Positions 49,002 through 59,080 of a stretch of DNA of 64,000 nt are shown here, one piece after another (positions within the stretch are counted from its first letter, which is position 1; each line of letters begins with the position of its first letter). The notes under the pieces were generated by a model, which saw only the letters and a list, made by a program, of their open reading frames with translations, was not told where the DNA came from and searched no databases. The translations under genes and the position numbers were made by a program. Source of the DNA: an uncultured Muribaculaceae bacterium (GTDB lineage: Bacteria; Bacillota_I; Bacilli_A; RF39; UBA660); the NCBI GenBank assembly GCA_964630365.1, contig CAZVUP010000005.1, forward strand, positions 1,877 through 65,876, in the 5' to 3' direction.

Positions 49002-50210
49002 TTATTTATTTATATTTATTTCTTCTTTATTAGCTTTATGTTTACGCATTTTTTCAAGAATTTCTTCACTTCTTACATATAATTCATCATATAGTTTTGT
49101 ATCTTCTGTTTCCACATTATTCTTTTTACGCTCAAGAACACTATAGATTTTTAGCCCCGGAAAGTTTTCATAAAATATATGGAATAAGCTATTCAATTCT
49201 TCGAAATTTTCTTTTCCAACTTCATCAAATAAAAGATTAATATTTCCTCTTCTACTAGCAAGTATTACATCTTTAAATTCTTTAAAGAAATTTCTAACTA
49301 GGAAATTTGTATAGTCATAACTTGTTGTATATGTATATTTTGAATCTTCACTATCATCAAATATAAACATACCATTTTGATGCATAATCTCACTTATTTC
49401 TTGAGCTATAAGTTCATTAATTATTTCATTAAATAATTCATAGTTTCTCTTACTCGTCTTTTTAAATGCATCAGCTTCTTTTCTTTCTTGTTGATTGAAT
49501 TCTTCTGTGAAATCATCCCAACCACAAACAAATGAGTAACTGCTTCCAATTACTTCTTGAAGAGTAAGTTCGAATAAATGATTTAATTCATGAACAATAA
49601 AATGATCTAGACTGTTACTATCTAATTTATTGAAATTAACTAGAAGTAGTGATAATAATTCATATGAATCCCCTTTTAATACAATATTAGGATTCACACA
49701 TGTTATTTTTTCAGTGTAGGCAGTAGCATCAAAACTATCATTTTTATCAAGTAAACCAGCCCTATCAATTTCTTCTCTTATTCTTTTATGTTGGGGAGTT
49801 TGTTCGTAGAATTCTCGATAAAAAGCATTTATATATTTTTCTTTTGATTTATAAAATTTCTCTACTCTTTCAGGTGTTGGCCAAACTCTTTTTACTTCTG
49901 CATCTTCTAGGTATTTAGAATAATCATCTCCATGGTTTATTCCAAAACCATTAAAATATTTAATTCTTTTCTTAATTGTTTCTTCTCTTTGCCAATCACT
50001 TAATTTTGAAAAATCATTTTTATCTTCTTTAAAAGCATCTAGAAGAGATGGTGAAGTAAGAAAATAGCCAAATATTTCATCGGTAAAAGTTCCAAAATAT
50101 TTGTATTCATCCCCACTATCTAACTCAATTAAAACTTGCTCTCTTATGCTTTCTGGTAAGATGTCAAGATTTTCTCTTATAAATTCTTCATGATATTTAT
50201 CATCAAGCAT
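49002..50210 (-). CDS. Putative zinc metalloprotease-like protein (HExxH)
   Basis: Single HExxH motif in FIVHELNHLFE. No signal peptide or TM helix. Otherwise unrecognised. Confidence 0.4.
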   Translation of the reverse strand: MLDDKYHEEFIRENLDILPESIREQVLIELDSGDEYKYFGTFTDEIFGYFLTSPSLLDAFKEDKNDFSKLSDWQREETIKKRIKYFNGFGINHGDDYSKYLEDAEVKRVWPTPERVEKFYKSKEKYINAFYREFYEQTPQHKRIREEIDRAGLLDKNDSFDATAYTEKITCVNPNIVLKGDSYELLSLLLVNFNKLDSNSLDHFIVHELNHLFELTLQEVIGSSYSFVCGWDDFTEEFNQQERKEADAFKKTSKRNYELFNEIINELIAQEISEIMHQNGMFIFDDSEDSKYTYTTSYDYTNFLVRNFFKEFKDVILASRRGNINLLFDEVGKENFEELNSLFHIFYENFPGLKIYSVLERKKNNVETEDTKLYDELYVRSEEILEKMRKHKANKEEININK

Positions 50211-50234
50211 CTGCCTTCTTTTTACTACTCTTTC

Positions 50235-50972
50235 TTATTCGGCATATAAGTCTTTATGTTCTTCTTTAAATTTTTGATATTCATCTAAAGCATCTAAGTA
50301 ACCTTTGATTAAAAGAAGCATTTTTTTATACTCTTCGCTATTAATTTTTTCTGGAAAATTATTTATTGTTGTATTAGGTATTATAGAGTTTATTAATGTC
50401 CTTGCTTTATGAAATGTTTCTTTATATTCTTCATCAATATTTGCTTCATCTAGGTAATATAAGATATTAAATTTTGTATTATCAGCTAATGAATCAAATG
50501 ATTCCGGTAGTTTTTTTGTTTTAAATATTTCTCTATACTCTTCTTCTGAAGTTTCTGGATAATGCTTTTTATATTCTTCATATCCTGCTGTAATGAACTC
50601 TTCTTTTCTACCTTCTAAACCTATTCCATGTAATCTATAAAAATCTATCATATTTTTGATTGGATGCCCATTTGAAAAATTTAAACTACTATAGTTTAAT
50701 AAATCTCTTATTGATAAATCTAGTCCTAGTTCTAATATTAGTGGAGATAGTAATTCTTCTGTTTTTTCTTTTTCAAGAGTTATAATTGAGGTTTTAATAT
50801 ATTCAGGATCTTGATAGCCAATGAATATGGCTTGAGAAAATTTTTCTTCAATTTCTTTTCTGTATTCCTCACCATAATAAGTTACAAATGCTTCAATAAA
50901 AGTTGGAATACTTTTTCTTAATTCCTCATAGCAATCAATAAATCTTAATACTCTACTTGCCATATACTTCAC
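50235..50972 (-). CDS. Hypothetical protein (245 aa)
   Basis: ORF in an apparent three-gene operon with 49002..50210 and 50953..51264. No recognised motif. Confidence 0.4.
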   Translation of the reverse strand: MKYMASRVLRFIDCYEELRKSIPTFIEAFVTYYGEEYRKEIEEKFSQAIFIGYQDPEYIKTSIITLEKEKTEELLSPLILELGLDLSIRDLLNYSSLNFSNGHPIKNMIDFYRLHGIGLEGRKEEFITAGYEEYKKHYPETSEEEYREIFKTKKLPESFDSLADNTKFNILYYLDEANIDEEYKETFHKARTLINSIIPNTTINNFPEKINSEEYKKMLLLIKGYLDALDEYQKFKEEHKDLYAE

Positions 50973-51264
50973 CTAGTAATTCTCTTAATCTTGAATAGTT
51001 AATTGGATAATTACCCTTTCCATGATATGTAGTAGTATCATTTTCAGATATAACATTTATAAAGAACTCTTCTCTATCGATTTCATTACTATTACCATAT
51101 TCATTTTTCCAACTATATAAAAGATCTTTTAATTCTTCTAAGAACTCATCAGTTACAGTATAGATTTCATCATTAATAATGCATTCTTTTGTATTATAAT
51201 TAACTGTTGCTTTTAAATCTATAATAGTCGCTCTTGTTATTAGTATTTCTATTCTTTCGATCAT
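50953..51264 (-). CDS. Hypothetical protein (103 aa)
   Basis: First ORF of the apparent three-gene operon; overlaps the next gene by 20 nt. Confidence 0.4.
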   Translation of the reverse strand: MIERIEILITRATIIDLKATVNYNTKECIINDEIYTVTDEFLEELKDLLYSWKNEYGNSNEIDREEFFINVISENDTTTYHGKGNYPINYSRLRELLGEVYGK

Positions 51265-51321
51265 TTTATCACCTATACTTATTATAACATGTTATAATAA
51301 GCCTTATAAAGAGGTTGTTTT

Positions 51322-52002
51322 ATGTATTTTATTGAAAAAAATTTAACACGACTAAATAATGGTCAACCTACTTTCTTTTTAGATCCTAAAGAATTATTAG
51401 ATATTAAAAGAAAATTAGGTAAAGAAAACTATTCTATTTATTATCCATATAAAGATAGTGAAAAAGTTATTGTTTATAAAAAGAATATTCCTGAAGTTTT
51501 ACTTTATGAAATAAAAGTAAAAGTACCTGTTCGACATCAGGATATTTTAGGAGCAATGTACTCATTAAACATAGCTAAAGAGTTATTTGGTGATATTTTA
51601 ATTATTGATAATAGATATTATATTTATATTTTACCAATAGTAAGAAATTATTTTGAATCTAATTTTTTAGCTGTTAAGAATAGTTCTGTTGAATTGAAAG
51701 AAATTAATGTCGATACTTTTAAAGATTATGAGCGAAAATATGAAAAATTAGAGCTTATTGTTTCAAGTAATAGGATTGATACAATAGTTTCTAGTATTTG
51801 TCATATATCAAGAAGTAGTATTGATGAAATGATTAAGAAGAAAGAAATAATATTAAATTATGAATATTTAAAGAATGGGTCTAATAAATTAAAAAATAAT
51901 GATACATTTAGTATTAAAAAAATTGGGAAGTTTAAATACAATGGTATTTTAAAAAGTACTAAAAGTGATCATGTAATTGTAGAAATATTAAAATACTTAT
52001 AG
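51322..52002 (+). CDS. YlmH-like RNA-binding protein with S4 domain
   Basis: N-terminal ...PTFFLDPKE..., a central RRM-like region, and a C-terminal S4 motif RIDTIVSSICHISRSSIDEMIKKKEIILNYE. Confidence 0.65.
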   Translation: MYFIEKNLTRLNNGQPTFFLDPKELLDIKRKLGKENYSIYYPYKDSEKVIVYKKNIPEVLLYEIKVKVPVRHQDILGAMYSLNIAKELFGDILIIDNRYYIYILPIVRNYFESNFLAVKNSSVELKEINVDTFKDYERKYEKLELIVSSNRIDTIVSSICHISRSSIDEMIKKKEIILNYEYLKNGSNKLKNNDTFSIKKIGKFKYNGILKSTKSDHVIVEILKYL

Positions 52003-52050
52003 TATTTTTTCTTTTTTTTAGGTATTATAGTTACTTAAGGGAGTGAAGGT

Positions 52051-52842
52051 ATGGAAAAATATGATGAATTAAATGGAAAAATTGTTGAGTTTCTTGGTCG
52101 TGATGAAGTTGTTGAGGACGAAGAAACTATTAGTGCTTATAATTTGTTTATGCTTATGGCTAGCAAATTTAATGAATTAGTATATGCTGAGGAAGAGGCA
52201 CCAAAAAAGATTAAAGAAAATGCGAATGATGCACTACGAGCTAAGTATGGATTTTCTGCAACACGCTTTAAAAAGAAAAAATCAAACACTCAACTATATG
52301 ATAGAGTTTTTACTCTTTTTAATCTAATCGGAAATAAAATGGATATGCTTTTCTATACTGCTGATGATAAGAGAGCTGCTATATCAAAAGATATAGGAGA
52401 ACCAAATTTGTATTACAGTCATGATGCAAGAGTGGATGATTGTGTCTTAGATGCTTGCATCGATGAAATTTATACAGCTTTTGGGATATTAGAAGAATTT
52501 TATTTACTATTTAGGCAAGCAGGTATTTTAGAAACTTTAGAAAAAAACTATAATGGTGTTTCACAAGATTTTTCTTTTGAAGGTTTTAAATATAGATTAA
52601 CATATAATAAGAACGGGTATGTTGGTTCTAACTTATTTTTTAGCAAGGATATTGATCCTAATGGTGTTCAAAGTAGATGTTGGTATGGTGATAGATTATC
52701 TATAGGTGATATTATTGAAGAATATGGTGATGAATTACTTAAAAGATTTCCTATTAAAGTTAGTGAACTTGATAAAGTTTCTCAAGCAATTGTTGGTGAC
52801 TATTTAAAAAGTAAGGAAAAAGCAAAAAACAATGTAAAATAA
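52051..52842 (+). CDS. Hypothetical protein (263 aa)
   Basis: GGGAG RBS and no recognised motif. Ends in bidirectional terminator AAAAAACAATGTAA/TTACATTGTTTTTT (52826-52858). Confidence 0.45.
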   Translation: MEKYDELNGKIVEFLGRDEVVEDEETISAYNLFMLMASKFNELVYAEEEAPKKIKENANDALRAKYGFSATRFKKKKSNTQLYDRVFTLFNLIGNKMDMLFYTADDKRAAISKDIGEPNLYYSHDARVDDCVLDACIDEIYTAFGILEEFYLLFRQAGILETLEKNYNGVSQDFSFEGFKYRLTYNKNGYVGSNLFFSKDIDPNGVQSRCWYGDRLSIGDIIEEYGDELLKRFPIKVSELDKVSQAIVGDYLKSKEKAKNNVK

Positions 52843-52862
52843 TTACATTGTTTTTTATTGTT

Positions 52863-54683
52863 TTAATCTATTTTTCTGAAAAATATTGTTAAAACATTGA
52901 ATATTACAAGTAGTGTTACACCAACATCTGCAAAAACTGCCAGAAGTATTGTTGTTAAGCCTAAAAGACTTAATAATAATATTATAAACTTTATAGTAAG
53001 GGCAAAAATAATACTTTCTGTTACTTTTCTTTTAGTTATTTTAGCAATATTAATTGCTTTTTTTAAATGTAATAAATTATCTTGCATTAATACAACGTCA
53101 CTTGCTTCAATGGAAGCATCACTACCAATATTTCCCATAGAGACTCCAATATCTGCCATTCTAATTACTGGAGCATCATTAATACCATCACCAACAAATA
53201 ATACCCTACCTTCTTTTTGATACTTTTTAACATAATCAACTTTATCTGTTGGTAGAAGATTTCCAAAGCTTTCTTCTACTCCTACTTTTTTAGCAACATA
53301 TTTAGTTATTTCAGTATTATCTCCAGATAGTATTACTAGATTTTTGTTAATGACCTTTTTTAATTCATTTACTCTATAACTTGATTTTTTTATTTTATCA
53401 GATATAACAATATTTCCTGCATACTTATTATCTATTGCGACATATATTATTGTTCCAATGGAAGATGATTCTTCTACTTCTATGTTATTATCTTTTAGTA
53501 GTTTTTTATTTCCTACTAGTATTGTTTTATTATCTACTTTACAACTTATTCCCTTTCCAGCTATCTCTTTATAATTACTTACTTCATATAGTTTGTTTTT
53601 ATTAGCTTCCTTTATTGCTGTTGCAATAGGATGAATTGAATTTTTTTCTGCTGAAGCTACTAGCTTTAAAAACTCTTCTTTAGGCATCTTTGTATTTACT
53701 TCAGATACTTTAAAGACACCTTCTGTTATTGTTCCCGTTTTATCTAAGATTATATAATCAATATTATTTAGATTATCTAGTTCTTTGGAACCTTTTACTA
53801 ATATTTTTTCAATTGATGCTTTACCAATACCACAAAAGTATCCTAATGGTACAGATATTACTAATGCACAAGGACAAGATGTTACTAAGAAAACTAAAGC
53901 TCTATATAGCCAACTACGAAAGTCGTGACCTAAGGCAGTTGGAATTATTACTAAAAGCAAAGCTATAAATACAACTGTTGGTGTATAAATTCTTGCAAAT
54001 TTAGTAATAAATGTTTCAGTATCAGATTTTTTCTCATTAGAGTTTTCAATTAAATCAATTATTTTTTTTGCTGTTGTTGTTTTATAAGTAGTAGTTGCTT
54101 TTATTTTTAAAACTCCATCTTTATTTATCGTACCACTTAGTACTTCATCATTTTTATTAACTTTTCTTAATTGTGATTCTCCGGTTAGTGATGAAGTATC
54201 TAAATATGAATTTCCTTCAACAATTACTCCATCTAATGGTATTTTTTCTCCTGGTAATACTATAAAAATATCATCTATTTTTGCTTTTTCTACTTTTACT
54301 TCTTTTTCTTCATTGTCAATTAGTAATCTTATTTTTTCTACTCGTAAATCCATTAATTTAGTAATTGATTCTTTACTTTTATTAACTGCTAAATCCGATA
54401 GATACTCTCCTATTTGAAAAAGTATCATTACTAAAACAGCTTCTTCATAACTTTTTATGGCAAAGGCTCCAAGAGTTGCAATTATCATTAAAACATTTTC
54501 ATCAAATATTTCTCCATCTTTTATGTTATGATATGCTTCAATATACATTTCATATGAAATAATAAAATAACTCATAACTAAAAAGATAAGTTTAAAAAAA
54601 TGATTATTAATTATTAAAGATATTAACGCAAATACTATACTAATAATTATTTTAAATAAATCTTCATTTAAATATTTTTTCAT
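52863..54683 (-). CDS. Heavy-metal (Cd/Zn/Co-type) translocating P1B-type ATPase
   Basis: TM CPC motif (TSCPCALVIS), phosphorylation site DKTGTIT, and hinge GDGINDAP. No N-terminal HMA domain is visible. Confidence 0.88.
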   Translation of the reverse strand: MKKYLNEDLFKIIISIVFALISLIINNHFFKLIFLVMSYFIISYEMYIEAYHNIKDGEIFDENVLMIIATLGAFAIKSYEEAVLVMILFQIGEYLSDLAVNKSKESITKLMDLRVEKIRLLIDNEEKEVKVEKAKIDDIFIVLPGEKIPLDGVIVEGNSYLDTSSLTGESQLRKVNKNDEVLSGTINKDGVLKIKATTTYKTTTAKKIIDLIENSNEKKSDTETFITKFARIYTPTVVFIALLLVIIPTALGHDFRSWLYRALVFLVTSCPCALVISVPLGYFCGIGKASIEKILVKGSKELDNLNNIDYIILDKTGTITEGVFKVSEVNTKMPKEEFLKLVASAEKNSIHPIATAIKEANKNKLYEVSNYKEIAGKGISCKVDNKTILVGNKKLLKDNNIEVEESSSIGTIIYVAIDNKYAGNIVISDKIKKSSYRVNELKKVINKNLVILSGDNTEITKYVAKKVGVEESFGNLLPTDKVDYVKKYQKEGRVLFVGDGINDAPVIRMADIGVSMGNIGSDASIEASDVVLMQDNLLHLKKAINIAKITKRKVTESIIFALTIKFIILLLSLLGLTTILLAVFADVGVTLLVIFNVLTIFFRKID

Positions 54684-54980
54684 CTACATCACCTCTGAAA
54701 TATGTTCTAGACCATATTTCAAAATTATTTTTATGTGATCATCCGCAATACTGTAATAGACATTCTTACCTACTTTTTCTGCTTTTACTAAATTTGATGA
54801 GCGTAAATTTTTTAATTGATGTGAAACAGCAGACTGGGAAATATCTAAGATATCACATATCTCATTTACACATAACGGTTTATTTATTAATGCATCTAAA
54901 ATGCGTAGCCTAGTTTGATCTCCAAAAATTTTATAGAATTCACTTAAGCCATATAAAAGTTCTTTACTATGTAGTTTCAT
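54684..54980 (-). CDS. ArsR/SmtB-family metalloregulator
   Basis: Winged HTH FGDQTRLRILDAL...CVNEICDILDISQSAVSHQLKNLR. The gene abuts the ATPase gene. Confidence 0.85.
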   Translation of the reverse strand: MKLHSKELLYGLSEFYKIFGDQTRLRILDALINKPLCVNEICDILDISQSAVSHQLKNLRSSNLVKAEKVGKNVYYSIADDHIKIILKYGLEHISEVM

Positions 54981-55101
54981 AGTACCTCCTTATATGAATA
55001 ATTGTTCATACATTCATATTAATATAGTATATGTAATTAGTCAATATAAATATTTTTAGTTATGTAAATTACTAATAAAAAAATGCAATAATAATTGCAT
55101 T

Positions 55102-55578
55102 TTAGTATGTTATTTTATCGTTATCTTTTTCATATCTTCGAAAAACTTCCAAAGCTTCTTCCCTATTCATTTCTTTTAGATTTAGTATTCTTTTATTTTG
55201 TTTATCATCTGAGAGTTTTTCTAAATAATCATAAATTGCATCATCTCTAAAACCAATATCAGCAGCATCTTCTTTAGTATTGCCATAATAAACTTTTTTT
55301 ATATTTGACCAAATTATGGCAGATAAACACATAGGACATGGATAACATGAAGTATATAGTTCACAACCGCTTAAATCATGTGATTTAATACTTTTACAAG
55401 CCATTCTAATCGCAACTATTTCAGCATGTGCCGTTGGGTCATTATCTTTTATTACTCTATTTATTCCTTTGCCTACTATTTTTCCATCTTTTACTACACA
55501 TGCTCCAAATGGTCCACCATAATTTTTATCGAAATTATCATCTGATAAATCGATGGCTACTTCCATAAATTCATTCAC
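55102..55578 (-). CDS. guaD: Guanine deaminase (CDA-fold, GuaD type)
   Basis: GGPFGACVVKDGKIVG...DPTAHAEIVAIR...YTSCYPCPMCLSAIIW is closely collinear with my recollection of Bacillus subtilis GuaD. Confidence 0.8.
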   Translation of the reverse strand: MNEFMEVAIDLSDDNFDKNYGGPFGACVVKDGKIVGKGINRVIKDNDPTAHAEIVAIRMACKSIKSHDLSGCELYTSCYPCPMCLSAIIWSNIKKVYYGNTKEDAADIGFRDDAIYDYLEKLSDDKQNKRILNLKEMNREEALEVFRRYEKDNDKITY

Positions 55579-55608
55579 TTTATTACTCCTTACTTAACTT
55601 TGAAATTA

Positions 55609-56733
55609 TTATAATTTTTTATTTTCTTTTTTAGGTTTTATCATTTGATAGTGAAATTTAGTTTCACCTGATGGAATAAATCCTAATCTTTTATATAATT
55701 CACTAACTTTATTACTTTTGAAGCATTGAATTTCAATATCTTTATCAATATTTTCTTCTAATTTATCTTTTAAAATTTTACTACCTATTCCTTGGCCTTG
55801 ATATTCAGGAATAATGCATATATTACCTACTTCATAGTTTCCATTTTCTAATACTTCTCCATTATAGAAACCAATTTTTTTACCATTATACATAATTATA
55901 TAGGTATTTTCTTTAACATGATTTATAAATTTATCGAAATGATTCTTTTGATCTTCTTCTATCCAAGCTCCCCAACACTCTTCAGCATATTTTTTATAGG
56001 CTTGCTTTTTTACATTATAGATAAATTCATAATCATTGTCAGTATATGGTACTAATTCAATTGGATTATAAATATGCATTTCTCCATCCTTGAATTCATA
56101 ATATGGTCTTATACCAATAAATTCTATACTTTTATCATCAATATATATTGTATCTTCTTCAGGAATTGCATATACTGGTTTTTTCTTTGATAGTTCTAAT
56201 AAGTACTCTTTACTTATTTCTATTTTTTCTTCATTTCTATTTGTATAGTGACATAATAATGAATAGCCATTAATCATATTAAAACCAGTATTATCAATTA
56301 ACCCTACTTCATTATCATCATCAGTATTGCAGGAATCTAAATCTTTTCCAAATATAATTGCACCTGCTGAGCCACCATAGACAATTCCTTCTTCTTCCGT
56401 TAAATATCTTTTTATTTTTTCAAAAGCTCCACTTTTCTTTAAACCATCTAGTAATTTATAGGTATTTCCTCCACCTATAAATATAGCACAATATTTTGAA
56501 TAATCCTTCTCTGCTAATTCTTCAAATGTTCTTACCATTTCAATAGTCGAAATTCTTGTATTAGACATTTCTTGTTTTATCCATTCAAAACAACTATCAT
56601 AAGGATGATCTTTTTCATTCATTGCTAATGGAATATATAATAATGGTTTGCTTGGATTAATTATTGTATCAAATATTTTATTAGCTTCGATAGTTTTATG
56701 TCCTGAACCACCACCACATAATAATAGTTTCAT
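55609..56733 (-). CDS. Fusion: peptidase S51 (peptidase E-like) domain plus GNAT acetyltransferase domain
   Basis: Start set at MKLLLCGGGSG (ATG 56733, GGAGA RBS). VYGGSAGAIIFG (S51 nucleophile region), and C-terminal QGQGIGSKIL...LGF (GNAT). Confidence 0.6.
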   Translation of the reverse strand: MKLLLCGGGSGHKTIEANKIFDTIINPSKPLLYIPLAMNEKDHPYDSCFEWIKQEMSNTRISTIEMVRTFEELAEKDYSKYCAIFIGGGNTYKLLDGLKKSGAFEKIKRYLTEEEGIVYGGSAGAIIFGKDLDSCNTDDDNEVGLIDNTGFNMINGYSLLCHYTNRNEEKIEISKEYLLELSKKKPVYAIPEEDTIYIDDKSIEFIGIRPYYEFKDGEMHIYNPIELVPYTDNDYEFIYNVKKQAYKKYAEECWGAWIEEDQKNHFDKFINHVKENTYIIMYNGKKIGFYNGEVLENGNYEVGNICIIPEYQGQGIGSKILKDKLEENIDKDIEIQCFKSNKVSELYKRLGFIPSGETKFHYQMIKPKKENKKL

Positions 56734-56797
56734 ATTATCATCTCCACTATTATTATAGCATAAATAATTATAAAAAATAAAAGCCAAAAGGCTTTTA

Positions 56798-57421
56798 TTA
56801 TTTTGTTCCAAATATTCTGTCTCCGGCATCACCTAGTCCTGGGCAAATATATTTATTTTCATTTAATTCTCTATCTATTTTAGTACAGAATATTTCGACA
56901 TCTGGATGCTTTTTTGTGACATTTTCTAATCCTTCAGGAGCGGCAATTATGCATAAGAACTTTATTTTCTTGACACCTTTTTCTTTTAAAAGTTCAATAG
57001 CATCACAAGCACTTCCTCCTGTTGCAAGCATTGGATCTAATAAAACTACTTCTCTTTTTTCTATTTCTTTGGGAACTTTGAAAAAGTAATTTACAGGTTC
57101 AAAAGTTTCTTCATCTCGATACATTCCAATATGCCCTATTTTGGCATTTGGTACTACAGATATTACACCATCTAACATACCAAGTCCGGCTCTTAAGATT
57201 GGAATAAAAGCATATTTATCTTCATTAATCATGCCTGTAGTCATTTCTTCTAAAGGTGTTTTTACTTTTACTTTATCTAGTTTGGCATCGCGCATAGCCT
57301 CATAGCATAAGAACATAGCAAGTTCTCCAATTAATTCACGAAATTTTTTTGTACCTGTTTTTTCATCTCTTAAGATTGCTAATTTGTGTTCTACTAAGGG
57401 ATGATTTAATTCTGTTACCAT
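56798..57421 (-). CDS. upp: Uracil phosphoribosyltransferase
   Basis: PRPP-binding loop VVLLDPMLATGGS and C-terminal YICPGLGDAGDRIFGTK; 207 aa. Confidence 0.93.
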   Translation of the reverse strand: MVTELNHPLVEHKLAILRDEKTGTKKFRELIGELAMFLCYEAMRDAKLDKVKVKTPLEEMTTGMINEDKYAFIPILRAGLGMLDGVISVVPNAKIGHIGMYRDEETFEPVNYFFKVPKEIEKREVVLLDPMLATGGSACDAIELLKEKGVKKIKFLCIIAAPEGLENVTKKHPDVEIFCTKIDRELNENKYICPGLGDAGDRIFGTK

Positions 57422-57430
57422 AAATACCTC

Positions 57431-58867
57431 CTACTTTTTCTTTTTTGTTTTATTTAACTCTTTTCTTATTTCTTCTAAAACTTCTTCTTTTAATTCAACA
57501 GTTAATTCATCTTTTATTGATTCTTTTAATTTAGTTATTTCTTTTCTTGATAAATCTCTTTCTACTACTTCTACTTTAGTAGCAATTGCTTTATCATCTT
57601 TTAAAAATAAATTTAGTAAGATACCAACTATAGATGCTAGACTCATACCAGATATTGTTACTGATAAGTCTCCACTAATGATAGAGATTGCAGCACCACC
57701 TAATCCTAAAACTAGCATTGAACTTGCTACGACAACATTTTTTGAATTTTCAAAATCGACTTGATTTTTAATTAATACTTTTAAACCATTTACGGCAATA
57801 AATCCGTATAGTAATAGTGATACTCCACCAAGAACAGCACTTGGTATTGTTGATACACAAGCAGTTACTTTTCCTAAGAAACCAATTATTATAGCAAATA
57901 TTGCAGCTAATCCTATTACTTTTACAGATGCTACTTTAGTCATGCCAACTACTGATGTATTTTCTCCGTATGTAGTATTTGCAGGTCCACCTAAGAATCC
58001 AGCAACAAATGTTGCGATACCATCACCTAATAGGGTTCTATCAAGGCCAGGATCCTTTATTAGATCTCTTCCAATGATATTTGATAGTGATGTATGATCT
58101 CCAATATGTTCACATAATGTAACTAAAGCTACTGGAGCAATAGTTACTAGAGCTGTAAATGATAAGCTATAATCTTTAAATGGAATAATAAATTTTGGCA
58201 TACTGAAGAATGATGCTTCAGCTACTGGTTTAAAGTCAATTATTCCTAAAATACAAGCAACTATATAGCCACTTACAATACCTACTAAGAATGGTATTAT
58301 TTTAAAGAATCCTTTGGCTCTAGTCATTACGATTGCAGTTACTAAAAATGATACTAAAGCTACAACTAATACTTTCCAGTCTATTGCTGTTCCATCTGCT
58401 AAACCAATTTGCGATATAGCACTTGGTGCTAGACCCAAACCAATAATCATAATCATTGGTCCTATAACTATTGGAGGTAATAATTTTTCAAGCCAAGCTT
58501 TACCAGCAAACTTAATTATAATAGCAACTATTACATAGATTAGTCCGACTGCCATTACACCAGTCATTGCTCCACTTATTCCTCCTTTTAAAAAGGCAGC
58601 AGCAATTGGTGTGATGAAAGCAAATGAGCTTCCTAAATATACTGGAGATTTTCCTTTTGTACATAAGATGTAAATCAAAGTTCCGATTCCTGATGTTACT
58701 AAGGCAACTGGTATTGTTAATACTTCTTTTCCAGCTGCAGCATTAACAAGTATTGGTACAAGAATAGTTGCACCAAACATTGCAAACAAATGTTGAAATG
58801 CTAAGACGATTGCTTCTTTTAATGGTGGCATTTCATTAATATCATATGCCATCTTTTCTCTTTTCAT
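57431..58867 (-). CDS. Uracil/xanthine permease (NCS2/NAT family) with charged C-terminal extension
   Basis: QHLFAMFGATILVP, GENTSVVGMT, and about 12-14 TM helices. Start moved to MKREKMAYD (ATG 58867, AAGGAG RBS), because the longer track ORF runs through a terminator hairpin. Confidence 0.85.
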   Translation of the reverse strand: MKREKMAYDINEMPPLKEAIVLAFQHLFAMFGATILVPILVNAAAGKEVLTIPVALVTSGIGTLIYILCTKGKSPVYLGSSFAFITPIAAAFLKGGISGAMTGVMAVGLIYVIVAIIIKFAGKAWLEKLLPPIVIGPMIMIIGLGLAPSAISQIGLADGTAIDWKVLVVALVSFLVTAIVMTRAKGFFKIIPFLVGIVSGYIVACILGIIDFKPVAEASFFSMPKFIIPFKDYSLSFTALVTIAPVALVTLCEHIGDHTSLSNIIGRDLIKDPGLDRTLLGDGIATFVAGFLGGPANTTYGENTSVVGMTKVASVKVIGLAAIFAIIIGFLGKVTACVSTIPSAVLGGVSLLLYGFIAVNGLKVLIKNQVDFENSKNVVVASSMLVLGLGGAAISIISGDLSVTISGMSLASIVGILLNLFLKDDKAIATKVEVVERDLSRKEITKLKESIKDELTVELKEEVLEEIRKELNKTKKKK

Positions 58868-58904
58868 AAAAACTCCTTTCTTCGATAGGTATAAGAATAA
58901 TGTA

Positions 58905-58935
58905 CAAAAAAGAAGAGCCAACATATAACTCTTCT
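58905..58935 (-). terminator. Terminator/attenuator hairpin in the leader of the permease-upp operon
   Basis: Minus strand: AGAAGAG-(11 nt)-CTCTTCT followed by TTTTTT, about 35 nt upstream of the permease start. It overlaps the stop of a 29-codon leader ORF. Confidence 0.45.
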
Positions 58936-59080
58936 ATTTAGTAAATATATAAGAAAATGAACAAGCAGATAGATTTTTTCTACCTTCGTTAATTACTGAT
59001 TTTAACTTTGCTTGTTTCTTCATACTTACACCCTCTTAAATTAGAATAATATAATATTCTTAAAAAGGCAAGATTTTTTA

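Noticed and set aside
58868-59080. PyrR-binding loop or a known pyrimidine/purine riboswitch in the permease leader.
   Set aside because: I could not find the PyrR box-like ...UCCAGAGAGG... motif or purine-riboswitch junction sequences by eye. Only a generic terminator plus small ORF is reported.
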